A DNA stretch of 64,000 nucleotides from Eledone cirrhosa. Taxonomy: Eukaryota. The DNA lies in contig OZ024747.1 of NCBI GenBank assembly GCA_964016885.1, positions 22,878,001 to 22,942,000 on the forward strand, in the 5' to 3' direction. Below the pieces are notes generated by a model. The model saw only the letters and a program-made list of their open reading frames with translations. It did not search any database and was not told the origin of the DNA. Shown one piece after another: positions 12,683 to 30,267 of this stretch. The number at the start of each line of letters is the position of its first letter. Within the stretch, counting starts at the first letter, position 1. The position numbers and the translations under genes were made by a program.

Positions 12683-14184
12683 TAATTATAAACGTACTTC
12701 GTAAATAGTGGGTGATTCATTTCTATTACATCTCATGTTTACTGACGACATGTTCTATTTCTCTATTTCAACACTTGTGCAGTGAATGTCCTCATCACCG
12801 ACCTTGTAGCAGTCAAATAAGCTATTATTAATATTGTCGTTAGCCCTAGACGTTCTGAGTTCAGATCCCGCCGAGGTTCAGCCTTGCTTTTCATCTTTAC
12901 AGGGGTCGATAAAATATAGCACCTTCTTCTTCTTCTTCTTCTTCTTCTTCTCCTGATTAGTATTATTATTCGTCTCTTTTATAAATTAGTCGTATTTTAG
13001 GTTGCGTTCATGTGACCGCCGCCGCCACCACTGCCGCCGCCGTCGTCGTGGTCGTCATCATCATCATCATCATCATTATCATCATCATCATCATCATCAT
13101 CATTTTCTTCTTCTTCTTCTTCTTCTTCTTCTTCTTCTTCTTCTTCTTCTTCTTCTTCTTCTTCTTCTTCTTCTTCTTCTGGTCTTGGGGGCAGAGTCCT
13201 CAGACACGCCTTCTAGAAAGTCCTATCAAAAGCATCCGTCTCCAAATGATCCGAGCTTATGGATGTTATCCAACCATCTTGCTTGTGGTTGACCTCTGGG
13301 CCTCCTGGGCCTCATGCTGGTTGATTTTGACCATCAAATCTGTCCTGCTATTCTTTCCTTAGACATTCTTACAGCATGTCTGTAGTACTGGACCTGTCAT
13401 CTCTCGATGCGGAGAAATATTGGCTGTACCTCGGAGCGACTCTCTGTTCGCCGAGCTACGCACCCTGTCGGGAAACGTTACTCCAAAGACCCCTCGGAAG
13501 AACCTCATTTTAGCCTCTTGTATTTCTTACTGCTATAAAAAAAGAGCGAGTACCGTACATTTACTGCTCTATATTTATATTATAGTACACTGCACTACAT
13601 TACACTTGAACAGACATCAGCAAGCTGTAACACATGGGCTATTTTAGATTATATATATATGTATATACATTTTTTAATATAGTACGCGTAATATCATGTT
13701 TATATAAACATAATAACATTTTACTAAAATCTTGTAACATGATCTTTAGATCCGTCTCTGTTAATTTGAACAATTTTCTTTCTCTTTCATTTACTAATGT
13801 TTTCTCTCGATCAAATTTTTATGATTTACTTAATGTAATATATGGTGTACTCTATACTACACAAGAAGTTTATTAAATTATATTTTTAGTCGAGTGGCTC
13901 GATTTATAATGAGAAATATTCTATAAATGTATTATTACACTATATTGACCTACACAAATCTACACCAAATCTATACTATCCATCACGAACTCAATCAAAC
14001 GAAATCCATAAACCAACGCTTCACACTTCTCACCAGACACATACCGCACAAGATATAAAGTAAAATCCTATTACATCCTTCAAAACATACTGAAACATTC
14101 CCAGCATAACAACAACCAATGTCACCAATTACTGGTACAGAAGCGTTCATTTCTCTTTCTCTCTCCCCCTCCCTCTCTCGTTAT

Positions 14185-14246
<62 letters not shown>

Positions 14247-14444
14247 CTATGTCGGTGTTAATAGTTTATCTTTAATTTTTCTGTTGCCCTTATTGTTGGT
14301 GCTGTTTCTTCTGTTGCTGCTGCATATACTTACTGGTCAACAATTGATTTTTATTGTGTGGCTAAAAGGCTTTAGTTCAACTGCGGCTGACGAGGTGAAT
14401 AGTCAGCTAAATATATAATATATATATAATATATATATATATAT

Positions 14445-15036
14445 GGTAAATTTCTTTAAGTCGTTTGGAAGCCTCGACAATGCAGATGGGTAAATGTCCG
14501 GGTAACAAGATCCGGTGGTGGAGAGAGAGAGATGTAAGTGGGTGTACGTTGAGATGCGTGGCGTGTATAAGACTGTAACGTGTAGAGGAATGAAGGAAAG
14601 AGCGTAAAGGATAAAATAAAAATAACAACACGAGAAAGAGTTACCTTGGGAGAGATTTAATTGTCCCTATATATTTCGGATTCACATATATACATATATC
14701 TCGATATTCAAAACAACGAACAGCGGAAGATACGTTTCGCACCTTTCCGACAGACAACCCCCCCCCCCCCCCCCGGAAAAAACCCCAGTTGATGGATGTG
14801 AATCCGAAATATATAGGGACAATTAAATCTCTCCCAAGGTAACTCTTTCTCGTGTTGTTATTTTTATTTTATCCTTTACGCTCTTTCCTTCATTCCTCTA
14901 CATGTTACAGTCTTATACACGCCACGCATCTCAACGTACACCCACTTACATCTCTCTCTCCACCACCGGATCTTGTTACCCGGAGATTTACCCATCTGCA
15001 TTGTCGAGGCTTCCAAACTACTTAAAGAAATTTACC
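14445..15036. repeat. About 240-bp inverted repeat pair with degenerate hammerhead (family C)
   Basis: Arms 14445-14687 and 14796-15036; CCC-CAGTTGA-T-GGAT-GTGA-ATCC-GAAA-TATA-TA-GGG at 14783-14818. Confidence 0.8.
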
Positions 15037-15071
15037 TTATTATTCCACAATGCTTCAAGCAAACTTCAATA

Positions 15072-15142
<71 letters not shown>

Positions 15143-15539
15143 ATTGTTGTTAGAAGAAGTAATAAAACATTATTTGTCACTTGGGTCATTAAAATGTTTA
15201 TAATTTGAATCTAGCGCTTTCATTTTCCATAAGACTTATTAAGATATATATTTAGTTATTAAAACGATAATCAAACTGGAAGTACCCGTTGTGTATTTTG
15301 AATTTGCTATTCTCATAAGTTTTCGTATCTATGAGATCGGACCAGGGAAAAAAAATGTTTCCATTGATCTTTCCAATTGCGGATACTATCTACTGGTCGC
15401 ATCTCCTGGCAGAAAGAGCGACATGAAATCTAGCATCTTGCTCAAGGACACAACGTATCGCCAGGCCCGAGAATCGTACTTGCAACCTCGCGATTGTGAA
15501 TCTAACTCCCTAACCACTACACCACACACCTTCACTGTA

Positions 15540-15737
15540 CAAACGTCGACTGAAAAGTTCATAGGTTGACTATGAAGGAGTGATGCTTGAGCTGTGAAAC
15601 TGTGTATGCATTAATTTCAACTCTTCTTATTAATAACTGTATTATTTCTTTCCAGAGACTATCCTTAAAAATAAACCACATCTGGTCGTTCCATGAGAGT
15701 ATCTTGGTTAGTATATGAACTTTTCAGCCGAACCTCG
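15540..15737. mobile_element. mariner-type MITE; related copy at 56815-57175 contains a SINE
   Basis: TA flanks; TIR core GTCGACTGAAAAGTTCATA / TATGAACTTTTCAGCCGA. Confidence 0.7.
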
Positions 15738-18036
15738 TAGATAATATTTGAGAATATTGGCTAGATTTCTATAAAAGACAAGAAAAAGTCGACAGAAACA
15801 CCCACGAGAAAACGAACCCCACATCTATCGAATACCGTGTGATTCACATGAGTTTTAGAAAATTCGTCTGTGGGTGGTTTCAAATATAATTGCGGTGGAA
15901 ATTTCCTTCGCAAGCAAGGGGTTCCCCACCCTTGGTTTGCAGCCTATACATACATATATAATTGTGTGCTATCTGTTTGAACAATTATTATCGTGTTCAC
16001 TTTCTTGTCTTATAGAAGAGCGAAAGAACAGCTCTGGTCATGAGAACTGTACCGTATCTTGGAAATGTTAAGTGAAGTGTAACAACAGGTTGTGTGTGTG
16101 TGGGTGGTGGGGGGTGAGGTTATGTGTGTGTGTCTGTGTGTGTGTGTATGGTATGTATGTGTGTCTGTATGTATGGTGTGTGTGTGTGTGATGTATATCA
16201 TTTTGAAGAGAACCAACCATGTCTCACTTTAATGATACGCGACTCATTCAAAGGAACTGTCCCAGTTGGATAAACTTTGTTTCCTTTCCTTTGTTTCAAT
16301 TTTCTCCTCGCAACAAAGCTTCCCACACATGTTTTCCATCAGAGAAAGAAAGGGTGTGCTGTCTAAAATATTTCTTGTCAAACAACTGTCTCAAACGTGA
16401 CGTCACAGTTTGTTGTTGTCTTCCGACACCAATTATAAACAAAAGGATTTCAATAAATAATATGGTTGGTGTATTGACGGAATTGGTAAGACCTCGGATA
16501 AGATGTCATTGCAGTATTTTGTTCTGGCTCTCTACATTCTGAGTTCAAATCCTGCCAAGGTCAACTTTGTCTTCCATCCTTCCTTGGTCGATAAAATAAA
16601 ACACCTGTCAAATATGGTGTGTGTCTGCGTGGTACTACTAAATAAAGCGTGGCCTCGGCCAATACTAGGAGAAACCTTTTGAAGTTATACATCTATACAT
16701 GAAGACAGGTTTTTGTTTTTGGCATTGACGTTAGAACGCCGGATAGAGAGGAAAAGTAGTCCTCGGCAGGATTTGAAACTTAAAGAGCCATACCATATAT
16801 CGAAAAGCAAAATAGAAAGATTTGATGTTGACACAAAATAATAAAAAATTGATGTTAGTACTTCCTTGTTCTTGTTGAAAGCCGCCCCACCGAGAACGAT
16901 GTGATACTGCGCAGCAACCATTCCGTTGTTGTTTGATGATAGTTGGGTTGACGGAAACTGTTTGGAAACCCGCCCGATGGACTGTACATGTCACACAGTC
17001 TATCACGCCAAAGCTCATAGAAAATTACGTTAAGCGTGCACGTGTCTGTGGAATGTTTAGTCCCATATGTGTTAATTTCATGAGCAGGCTATTCCGTCGA
17101 TCGAACAACTAGAACAATCATCGTCTAAGCCGACGGGAGGTCTATTTCAGACCATGATTTATTAATTAATTTATTTATCTCGAATAAAGTGTTGTATTGA
17201 CAGAGTAGTTAAAGTGTAGCGGAAAATGCTTGCGGTATATTTTCCACCCCCTGTGCGTCTGATTTAAATTCCACCGATGTCAACTTTGCCTTTGATCTAT
17301 ACTAGTTGAAATTCATAGATCGTCCGACAAGATACCATGCGGTTATTTGTTCAAATCTCGCTGTGGTCTAGTTAGTTGGTAGACTTAATCTATCACCTGG
17401 ATTAACACTATCACTTCATCCTTAGATGGCTTTAGCATTCCATCCAGGTAACAAGTTTGAGAAGACCTTCCTTCATCCGTCCCACTAGTTTCGAGGGTTC
17501 GGAAAAAGGTCAGTAGCACTGCCTTTCCCTACCTGGGTAAAAAATTAAAAAGCAATTAAAAACACGAGATCGTATAAATGCTTATTTGCATTTTTGTCAT
17601 TATTTGTAGTTGTTCTATCAAATAAAACTGCGTATAATGTTACAGAGCAAGGAAATTAGTTACATTTACACATGTTTTACTTTAAATGGGTATTTGTTTC
17701 TACACAACACATGCAGGCAGTTGTTCTAAGCGTAAGTAGACAGTCACATGAAAGGACATCAAAGACTATGTATTGAATCACGTGATCTGTTTAGTAATTA
17801 CTCACAATATATGCATGCTTATAATATACGCAGCATTATATACAATGCATTGCTTGCTTGCATGTGTGCAAATAAAAAAGAATTCTAGCTTCGTATTTAG
17901 GTTGTAGAGTTAGAAAAGTGCTGACGTTGGCAAGTTTACATATGTATATATCTATATAGAACTGCTCAACAAATAGTTTCGTTTCTGTTTAATGTTTGTT
18001 GAATAACATTGACAACGTCATATATATATATATATA

Positions 18037-18068
<32 letters not shown>

Positions 18069-18089
18069 GTTATGGTTGTGTGCGTGCGC

Positions 18090-18146
<57 letters not shown>

Positions 18147-18167
18147 TGGTTGTGGTTGTGTGCGTGC

Positions 18168-18218
<51 letters not shown>

Positions 18219-18568
18219 TGTGTGTGCGTGTGTGTGTGTGGTTGTGGTTGTGTGCGTGCGTGTGTGTGTGTGTGTGTGTGTGTGCGTGCGTGTGTGTTTT
18301 ATTCACTAAAAAAAGACATACAGATGCACAATAAAGTAGTAAATACTCCAGAAGCTAGAGTGTGTGATTTACTAGTTTTACAGAATCAATTCTGTTTTGA
18401 GTCGTAAGGAGTTTGGTCACAAACTGAAGAATAAAAAGCAAAAACATTTAAGCATGAATTTACAGAGGTGTAAGTTTCTGGTATATTGAACCATCGAACC
18501 ACCAATAACTTTGTTGAAATTCGATATCCATAATAGCGGTTATATAAAGATAAGTTTCAACAGTAATA

Positions 18569-18717
18569 ATTGTTTCTACTTTAGGCACAAGGCCAGCAAT
18601 TACCCAGTGCATTACTGGTACTTTATTTTATCGACCCCGTAAGGATGAAAGGCAAAGTCAACCTCGGCGGGATTTGAACTCAGATCGTAAAGGGACGTAA
18701 CTATGCTGGAAAGCATA
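18569..18717 (-). mobile_element. 5'-truncated short-family SINE with TSD
   Basis: TSD AGTTTCAACAGTAATAAT on both sides. Confidence 0.88.
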
Positions 18718-18739
18718 GTTTCAACAGTAATAATGGCAG

Positions 18740-19630
18740 ATGTTTATTAATAAAATTCATAAGGAGTCCGCCAAGGATGCTCGCTGTCTCCGACTCTCTT
18801 TGCTATGATCATCGAATGGATTCTGAAAAGGGCAACGGAAGATAAGGAGATTGACTGGCTAGAGGAACAGAAGCTTTCAGACCTTGACATTGCAGACGAT
18901 ATTGCAGCCATGGCCAAAATACACTATGCAGTATCTGATGAGATAGGGTCATCTGCAGTCGGCATCAGTCTTCACATCAGTGTCATAAAAGACCAAGAGC
19001 ATGGTAGTTGGTATAGAAACGTCTGGATCAAGCAGGAGTATGTAGAGGCCGTGACCAACTTCATTTACCTCAGAATCTCTATCTACAGAAGTGGGGACAT
19101 AGTGAAAGAAATTAAGTGCAGAATAGGCAAAGTTCGGTTGCCTTTAAGCAACCGAACAAGATCTGGAGAATCAAAAAGCTTTCGCTTGGTACCAAGATTA
19201 AATTTTACAACAGCAATGTACTTTCAAAGCTCCTGTATAGGAGCGAAACCTGGATTGTAAATATCAATCCAAAGAAATAATTAAGTGCTTTTAACACCAA
19301 ATGCCTACGGAAAATCCTTGGCACCAGGTGGGATGACTTCAACTCCAACAAAGAAGTCAGTCAACAAATCCACTGACAGCGTGTGTCTAACATCATATGC
19401 GAGCGTCGACTTGACTGGTTGGGACACGTCACACGACTCCCAAGTGAGAGACATGTTAATCTGGTCACCCACGGAAAGAGGCAAAGAGGACATCCCAAGA
19501 TGAACTGGCAGCTGACAATGGATATGAACCTGAAACCTGAAATGTATTGATAGATGTAACTGACCGTGGTCATTGGACCACTTTGGGCTGCCTGATGCGT
19601 CTCACGACGTGGTAGCTTCTAAGTAAGCAA
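18740..19630 (+). pseudogene. Degenerate RTE-clade LINE reverse transcriptase fragment
   Basis: GVRQGCSLSPTLF...IEWILK...LSDLDIADDIA (YADD-like), EAVTNFIYL, EIKCRIGK, LLYRSETW-like segment; frameshifted. Confidence 0.85.
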
Positions 19631-19903
19631 GGGTTGTCTGTATATATTAGCAGTAATGCAATTTAGGTTCTAGATCTTGGTAATGCTGACCTCACATCAT
19701 CGTGTGATTGTCACCGTCGATTGATGTAAGACTCTTTCGCCGAGATTGCACAATCGCCATTTTGTTTCTAATGCTTGATCAGATTCTGAAACTTGTTTTT
19801 TGAAACATAAACGTAGTAAGTGAAATGTTTGGCGACTTGTTTCAACGATTTATTTATTCTTCTTCCTTATCTTTCTCGAAGCTTCTTATCTGAATGTGGT
19901 TTT

Positions 19904-19938
<35 letters not shown>

Positions 19939-20443
19939 TCTATGAATGTTACGCTTTACTCTTCTTCCTCCTTTCTCTCTCTCTCTAAGTCTCTTTGCCT
20001 CTCACTGTCTCTCTCACAGTCTGTTTATTTGTCTTTCCCTTACCACGTCCTTTTGTCTTAGTATTTCTCACTCATTTGTTTTTGTTATAGCTTTTCATTT
20101 ACTTTATTATTCACTTCCTATCTACCTTTCTGTCTGTTTGTCTGTCTCTCTGTCTCTCAGTCTCACTGTTTTTCTCACATACCCTCTCTCTCTTATTAAT
20201 CTCTATCACGTTCTTTAACTTCAACCTGCCGTTCGTTATCTTCCTCTCTTTCCGTCTTCAATGTCTCTATCTGTCTTTCTATTACCAACTCTTCTCATAG
20301 TATTTCTCTTTCTTAAGACGTCTCATTTGTTTCCCGTGTTTATTTCTTTATCGTTTCCCAACCATTCTAACTCTTATCTATTACTTCCTATACGCTTCTC
20401 TCCTATTTCGTTCGTTTTATCTCTCTGTCTATCTGTTTCAAAT

Positions 20444-20543
<100 letters not shown>

Positions 20544-20704
20544 ACACACACACACATTCACACGCGCGAGTTTGCACTCATACACACATATATATACACA
20601 CACGTATTATATATATATCTACGTATATATATATATTCAAAACAAATTGGGGTGCGCACAGGACAAAGACAATATAAAACGGTTAAACATAAATATACAC
20701 ACAC

Positions 20705-20766
<62 letters not shown>

Positions 20767-21140
20767 TCAAAACAAAGTGGGTTGCGCGCAGGATAATGAC
20801 AATAGAAAACAACGGAAAAACAGACAGTCCTATCTCTTCAGTCAACCTCTGGGAATCACTACAGTTTCGGTTCTTTTAGGATTGTAAGAGCGACTAAATT
20901 TGTGGCCTAATCATCAGGAGCTTACAATTTGGGTAGATGGTCAAAATTAGGTCTTAAAACCTAAAATTAGGTATGATATTCAAGTAAATTTAAGGTAAAA
21001 GACTAATTGTCAGCAATATCTTTTGCATTTGTATTTATATTCTATATCCATACCTGCATTGTTCTGGCCTATTAACTGCAAACGTTTACACCGCATTACG
21101 CAATGCTTCAAGTAAACTACTATTTCCTCACAGTCTCACA

Positions 21141-21264
<124 letters not shown>

Positions 21265-21266
21265 TG

Positions 21267-21430
21267 TAGCAGTAATGCACTGGGTACTTGGTGGCCTTGT
21301 GCCAAAAGTAGAAACAATTATATTATATTATATATATATATCGACCCCGCCTTTCATCCTTACGGGGTCGATAAAATAAAGTACCAGTAATGCACTGGGT
21401 ATTTGCTGGCCTTGTGCCTAAAGTAGAAAC

Positions 21431-21476
<46 letters not shown>

Positions 21477-21641
21477 ATTGTTTCTACCTTTGGCACAAGG
21501 CCATCAATTACCCAGTACATTACTGGTACTTTATTTTATCGACCCCGTAAGGATGAAAGGCAAAGTTAACCTCGGCGAGATTTGAACATCAGAATGCATC
21601 AAAGCATGGCGTCCGACCCTCTACCGATATTGTCAATCCAC
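21267..21641. mobile_element. Three short-family SINE pieces (two + strand 3' fragments, one - strand copy)
   Basis: Matches to the SINE consensus separated by TA runs. Confidence 0.8.
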
Positions 21642-21710
21642 CCTAATACAATATATAGAGAGGAGGACACAGAAGAGAGTGATAACTCCGTTTTTTCATA
21701 TATGTATATA

Positions 21711-21788
<78 letters not shown>

Positions 21789-21804
21789 TGTGTATATATA
21801 TATA

Positions 21805-21937
<133 letters not shown>

Positions 21938-21964
21938 GTGTATATATATATATATATATATGAG

Positions 21965-22162
<198 letters not shown>

Positions 22163-22183
22163 TTATCTGACCCCTTAGCCTTT

Positions 22184-22741
<558 letters not shown>

Positions 22742-22778
22742 GTATATATATATATATATATATACATATATATACATA

Positions 22779-22816
<38 letters not shown>

Positions 22817-22836
22817 TATGTATATATATATATATA

Positions 22837-22926
22837 TCGTTTCTGAATTTGTTTAGCAAGATTCTTTATCTGAAATCGTGTGTTGAAACCGATATTGTTA
22901 TACTTTTGGCGGGTCATGTTGCCAAT
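22837..22926 (-). mobile_element. 90-bp 3' terminus of the same PLE family
   Basis: Matches about 38897-38986 with 3 substitutions; (TA)n on both sides. Confidence 0.88.
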
Positions 22927-22940
22927 ATATATATATATAC

Positions 22941-23051
<111 letters not shown>

Positions 23052-23057
23052 CGTATG

Positions 23058-23214
<157 letters not shown>

Positions 23215-23310
23215 GTATATATATATATATATATATATACATATATATACATATGTATATATATATATACATATATATACATATGTATATACATATATAT
23301 ATATACATAT

Positions 23311-23343
<33 letters not shown>

Positions 23344-23349
23344 CGTATG

Positions 23350-23637
<288 letters not shown>

Positions 23638-23702
23638 TATACATATGTATATATATATATACATATATATACATATGTATATACATATATATATATACAT
23701 AT

Positions 23703-23755
<53 letters not shown>

Positions 23756-23850
23756 CATATATATATACATATATATATGTATATGTATATGTATATGTAT
23801 ATATATATGTATATATATATATGTATATATATATATACATATATATATAT

Positions 23851-24578
<728 letters not shown>

Positions 24579-24604
24579 GTATATGTATATATATATGTAT
24601 ATGT

Positions 24605-24798
<194 letters not shown>

Positions 24799-24807
24799 GT
24801 ATATATG

Positions 24808-24880
<73 letters not shown>

Positions 24881-24905
24881 GTATATATATATATATGTAT
24901 ATATG

Positions 24906-24937
<32 letters not shown>

Positions 24938-24961
24938 TGTGTATATATATATGTGTATATA

Positions 24962-25105
<144 letters not shown>

Positions 25106-25145
25106 AATATATATACATATATATATATAAATATATATACATATG

Positions 25146-25201
<56 letters not shown>

Positions 25202-25220
25202 CATATGTATATATATATAC

Positions 25221-25340
<120 letters not shown>

Positions 25341-25779
25341 GTATATATATATATGTATATATATATATACATATTTATATATATATATGTATATATATAT
25401 ATACATATGTATATATATATATGTATATATATATATACATATTTATATATATATATGTATATATATATATACATATGTATATATATATATGTATATATAT
25501 ATATACATATTTATATATATATATGTATATATATATATACATATTTATATATATATATGTATATATATATACATATGTATATATATATATGTGTATATAT
25601 ATATATATACATATGTATATATATATACATATATATATATATGTGTATATATATATATATATACATATGTATATATATATACATATATATATATATGTGT
25701 ATATATATATATACATATGTATATATATATACATATGTATATACATATGTATATATATATACATATGTATATACATATG

Positions 25780-25824
<45 letters not shown>

Positions 25825-25846
25825 GTATATATATATATGTATATAC

Positions 25847-25979
<133 letters not shown>

Positions 25980-25995
25980 TATATATATATATATA

Positions 25996-26348
25996 TATAA
26001 AGAAAAAGGGATGAAATCGAAAATGCAACTGAAGTCTTATTTTTTTTAAAAATATATATATTTATTTGGTTCCTTTACCGGTTTCGCAGTTCTTCTGCTT
26101 TTCAAAAGGTGAGTTGAGATGGAGGGTCTGTGGTTTTTCTGAGAAAAACCACAGACCCTCCATCTCAACTCACCTTTTGAAAAGCAGAAGAACTGCGAAA
26201 CCGGTAAAGGAACCAAATAAATATATATATTTTTAAAAAAAATAAGACTTCAGTTGCATTTTCGATTTCATCCCTTTTTCTTTATACTTCCACTCGTGTA
26301 GGACACCTCGGTTATTTTTCATTTTGTAAAAAAAAACCTCACTTTCTA

Positions 26349-26349
<1 letters not shown>
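25996..26349 (+). mobile_element. Perfect palindrome (145-bp arms) with hammerhead in each arm (family D)
   Basis: Centre 26141; CCTT-TTGAAAA-GCAG-AAGAA-CTGC-GAAA-CCGG-TA-AAGG at 26173-26210; unique tail 26287-26349. Confidence 0.85.
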
Positions 26350-26423
<74 letters not shown>

Positions 26424-26450
26424 CATATGTATATATATATATATGTATAC

Positions 26451-26481
<31 letters not shown>

Positions 26482-26498
26482 CATATGTATATATATGT

Positions 26499-26551
<53 letters not shown>

Positions 26552-26557
26552 CATATG

Positions 26558-26622
<65 letters not shown>

Positions 26623-26667
26623 GAAAAAGAACACAAGAGCGTCTACAACATCAAAAGAGTTTTATTG

Positions 26668-26714
26668 GCTAACAATATTTCTTCCTTACGTGTAACCGTA
26701 GGATTCATCAGAGC
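26668..26714 (-). ncRNA. Type I hammerhead motif in TA-flanked island 26622-27145
   Basis: Minus strand: GCT-CTGATGA-A-TCCTACG-GTTACA-CGTAAGGA-A-GAAA-TATTG-TT-AGC. Confidence 0.7.
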
Positions 26715-27150
26715 TATAAAAGGGGTTTGATTGGTGTTATGGACTCTACCAACCAAACACCCCCAAAAAAGGGTAGAGAGAGTAAAGAGCAAAAGTAGGG
26801 GACGATAAGTCTAATTTTGGTGCGGGAGGGTGGGGTGTTGGTCCTTGTTTACTAGCTGCGGTCATATTCATTCCGGGGGTCGGGTGGTTAGCTGAACCAT
26901 AGATGGGGTGGCGTGGGTAGTATGGTGCAGAGGGTGCGCAGAGGCTACACAAACACAAAGGGCGTAGAATACATATATACATATAGCGGAGGAGAAGGTA
27001 CATGAGGTAATTAGAAATGGAAGAAGAGTAATAATAATAATCTATAATTAATAGTGTATAATAAGGCATGGGGAAGATTACACTATAATAAGGTGTAAAG
27101 GTAAGAATAAGGTAAAATATAAAGGAGGATAAAAGTGGAAATAATATATG

Positions 27151-27190
<40 letters not shown>

Positions 27191-27202
27191 TGTATATATA
27201 TG

Positions 27203-27271
<69 letters not shown>

Positions 27272-27351
27272 GTATATATATGTATATATATACATATGTA
27301 TATATATATATGTATATATATACATATGTATATATATATATAATACATATG

Positions 27352-27383
<32 letters not shown>

Positions 27384-27646
27384 CATATGTATAAATATAT
27401 GTATATGAGGAGGGGGTTATTCATTAAGATATTATGTATTTCTTCATGTGTGTGATATGCATGTGTGCGTGTCTATATGTATGTACGTGCATGTAGGTGA
27501 GTGTCTGTTCATATTACTCACACATACCTATATATATATATATATATGTGTATATATGTATATATATATATGTATATATGTATATGTATATATATATATA
27601 TACATATGTATATATATATATATACATATGTATATATATACATATG

Positions 27647-27801
<155 letters not shown>

Positions 27802-27836
27802 GTATATATATATATATACATATGTATATATATATG

Positions 27837-27885
<49 letters not shown>

Positions 27886-27955
27886 ATATATATATATACA
27901 TATGTATATATATATATACATATGTATATATATATACATATGTATATATATATAC

Positions 27956-28014
<59 letters not shown>

Positions 28015-28264
28015 CATATGTATATATATGTATATATATGTATATATATGTATATATATATATATATATACATATATACATATATATATATATATATGTG
28101 TATATATATATATATACATATATACATATATATATATATATGTGTATATATATATATATACATATATATTATATACATATGTATATATATATATACATAT
28201 GTATATATATATATACATATGTATATATATATATATATATATATACATATATACATATATATAT

Positions 28265-28299
<35 letters not shown>

Positions 28300-28308
28300 C
28301 ATATATAC

Positions 28309-28343
<35 letters not shown>

Positions 28344-28493
28344 TATGTATATATATATATACATATGTATATATATATATACATATGTATATATATATAC
28401 ATATGTATATATATATATACATATGTATATATATATACATATGTATATATATATACATATGTATATATATATATATATATATACATACATATG

Positions 28494-28575
<82 letters not shown>

Positions 28576-28730
28576 ATATATAGTATATATATGTATATAT
28601 ATGTATATATATATATATGTATATATATGTATATATATGTATATATATGTATATATATATATATGTATATATATGTATATATATGCATATATATGTATAT
28701 ATATATATATATATATATACATATATACAC

Positions 28731-28763
<33 letters not shown>

Positions 28764-28764
28764 C

Positions 28765-28795
<31 letters not shown>

Positions 28796-28796
28796 C

Positions 28797-28899
<103 letters not shown>

Positions 28900-28996
28900 T
28901 ATATACATATATATATATATATACATATATACATATATATATATATATGTATATATATATACATATATATATATATATACATATGTATATATATAC

Positions 28997-29043
<47 letters not shown>

Positions 29044-29412
29044 CATATATATATATATACATATATACACACACATATATATATATATATAGGTATGTGT
29101 GTGTAACATGGACACTCACCTACATGCACGTACATACATATAGACACGCACACATGCATATCACACACATGAAGAAATACATAATATCTTAATGAATAAA
29201 CCCCCCCCCCCTCTCCTCCTCTGCCCCCCCCCCTCATCTGCTCGCGTTCCTCTATCTTTCATCGTATATCATTTCCTTTTCCGCCTAGAAGTGAGAAGTA
29301 AGAGACATTATCAAATGTGAAAATGTGTAACTAGGTATTATAGTGTACTTCATAGACATAGTAATCAGTGGCCAGCTGTTTCTATATCAGCGAGAATATA
29401 GGAGCAAAGATG

Positions 29413-29975
29413 GCCGCCACTTGTTAAACGTAGACGGTTCAGTGAACGGTTAAATGTACGTGAGAAGGCGAATGGCTTAGTGGTTAGGATGCTAGGTTCA
29501 TGAGTGTAAAATCGTGAGCCCGATTTCCGGGATGTAAAAATGTCCGCCACTTATTAAACGTTGATGTTTCAGTGAACGGTTAAATGTATGTGAGAAGGCG
29601 AATGGCTTAGTGGTTAGGATGCTAGGTTCATGAGTGTAAAATCGTGAGCCCGATTTCCGGGATGTAAAAATGTCCGCCACTTATTAAACGTTGATGTTTC
29701 AGTGAACGGTTAAATGTATGTGAGAAGGCGAATGGCTTAGTGGTTAGGATGCTAGGTTCATGAGTGTAAAATCGTGAGCCCGATTTCCGGGATGTAAAAA
29801 TGTCCGCCACTTATTAAACGTTGATGTTTCAGTGAACGGTTAAATGTATGTGAGAAGGCGAATGGCTTAGTGGTTAGGATGCTAGGTTCATGAGTGTAAA
29901 ATCGTGAGCCCGATTTCCGGGATGTAAAAATGTCCGCCACTTATTAAACGTTGATGTTTCAGTGAACGGTTAAAT
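29413..29975 (+). repeat. 130-bp tandem repeat (about 4.3 copies) containing a SINE tRNA-like head
   Basis: The unit includes GAAGGCGAATGGCTTAGTGGTTAGGATGCTAGGTTCATGA...CCCGATTTCCGGG. Confidence 0.92.
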
Positions 29976-30245
29976 CAGGCATGGGCAACCTTTTTCGAGA
30001 AGCGGGCCACAAGCGGGCCACAAGCATTAATTTACATTCGTACCCATATTAAAAAAAGGGCGGAAACTCAGGTTGTTTTGATTTGTTTCTTCAGAATTCG
30101 TACACGTTGTTTTCCTCGATCGTAAAAATGATAGAAAGATAAATTACGACTGAAAAGTTGGGGTAAAAAAATCAGAAAGATTTCACTTGGGTGACTTAGG
30201 CGAGCCACTCAGAAAGCTTCGCGGGCCGTAGGTTTCCCATTACTG
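29976..30245. mobile_element. hAT-type MITE
   Basis: 8-bp TSD GGTTAAAT (29968-29975, 30246-30253); TIRs CAGGCATGGGCAACCT / AGGTTTCCCATTACTG. Confidence 0.85.
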
Positions 30246-30267
30246 GGTTAAATGTTATGTGTGCGCG

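Noticed and set aside
13002-13362. ORFs after an AG acceptor-like site with poly-His/Leu/Phe
   Set aside because: They are trinucleotide microsatellites followed by a LINE-like fragment.
15209-15245. Minus ATC-TTAATAA...GAAA-GCGC-TA-GAT hammerhead remnant (similar weak cases near 23900-23955 and 52270-52320)
   Set aside because: The core and/or stem II are too degenerate to call.
16397-16406. Perfect CRE palindrome GTGACGTCAC
   Set aside because: A single short motif is not enough evidence without promoter context.
20636-20921. Possible hammerhead (minus: CTGATGA-TTAGG...CCTAA-AAGAACC-GAAA-CTGTAG) and a duplicated TA-abutting terminus
   Set aside because: Stem II is out of register and there is no stem I or UH site; probably a decayed PLE end, but not supportable as a ribozyme.
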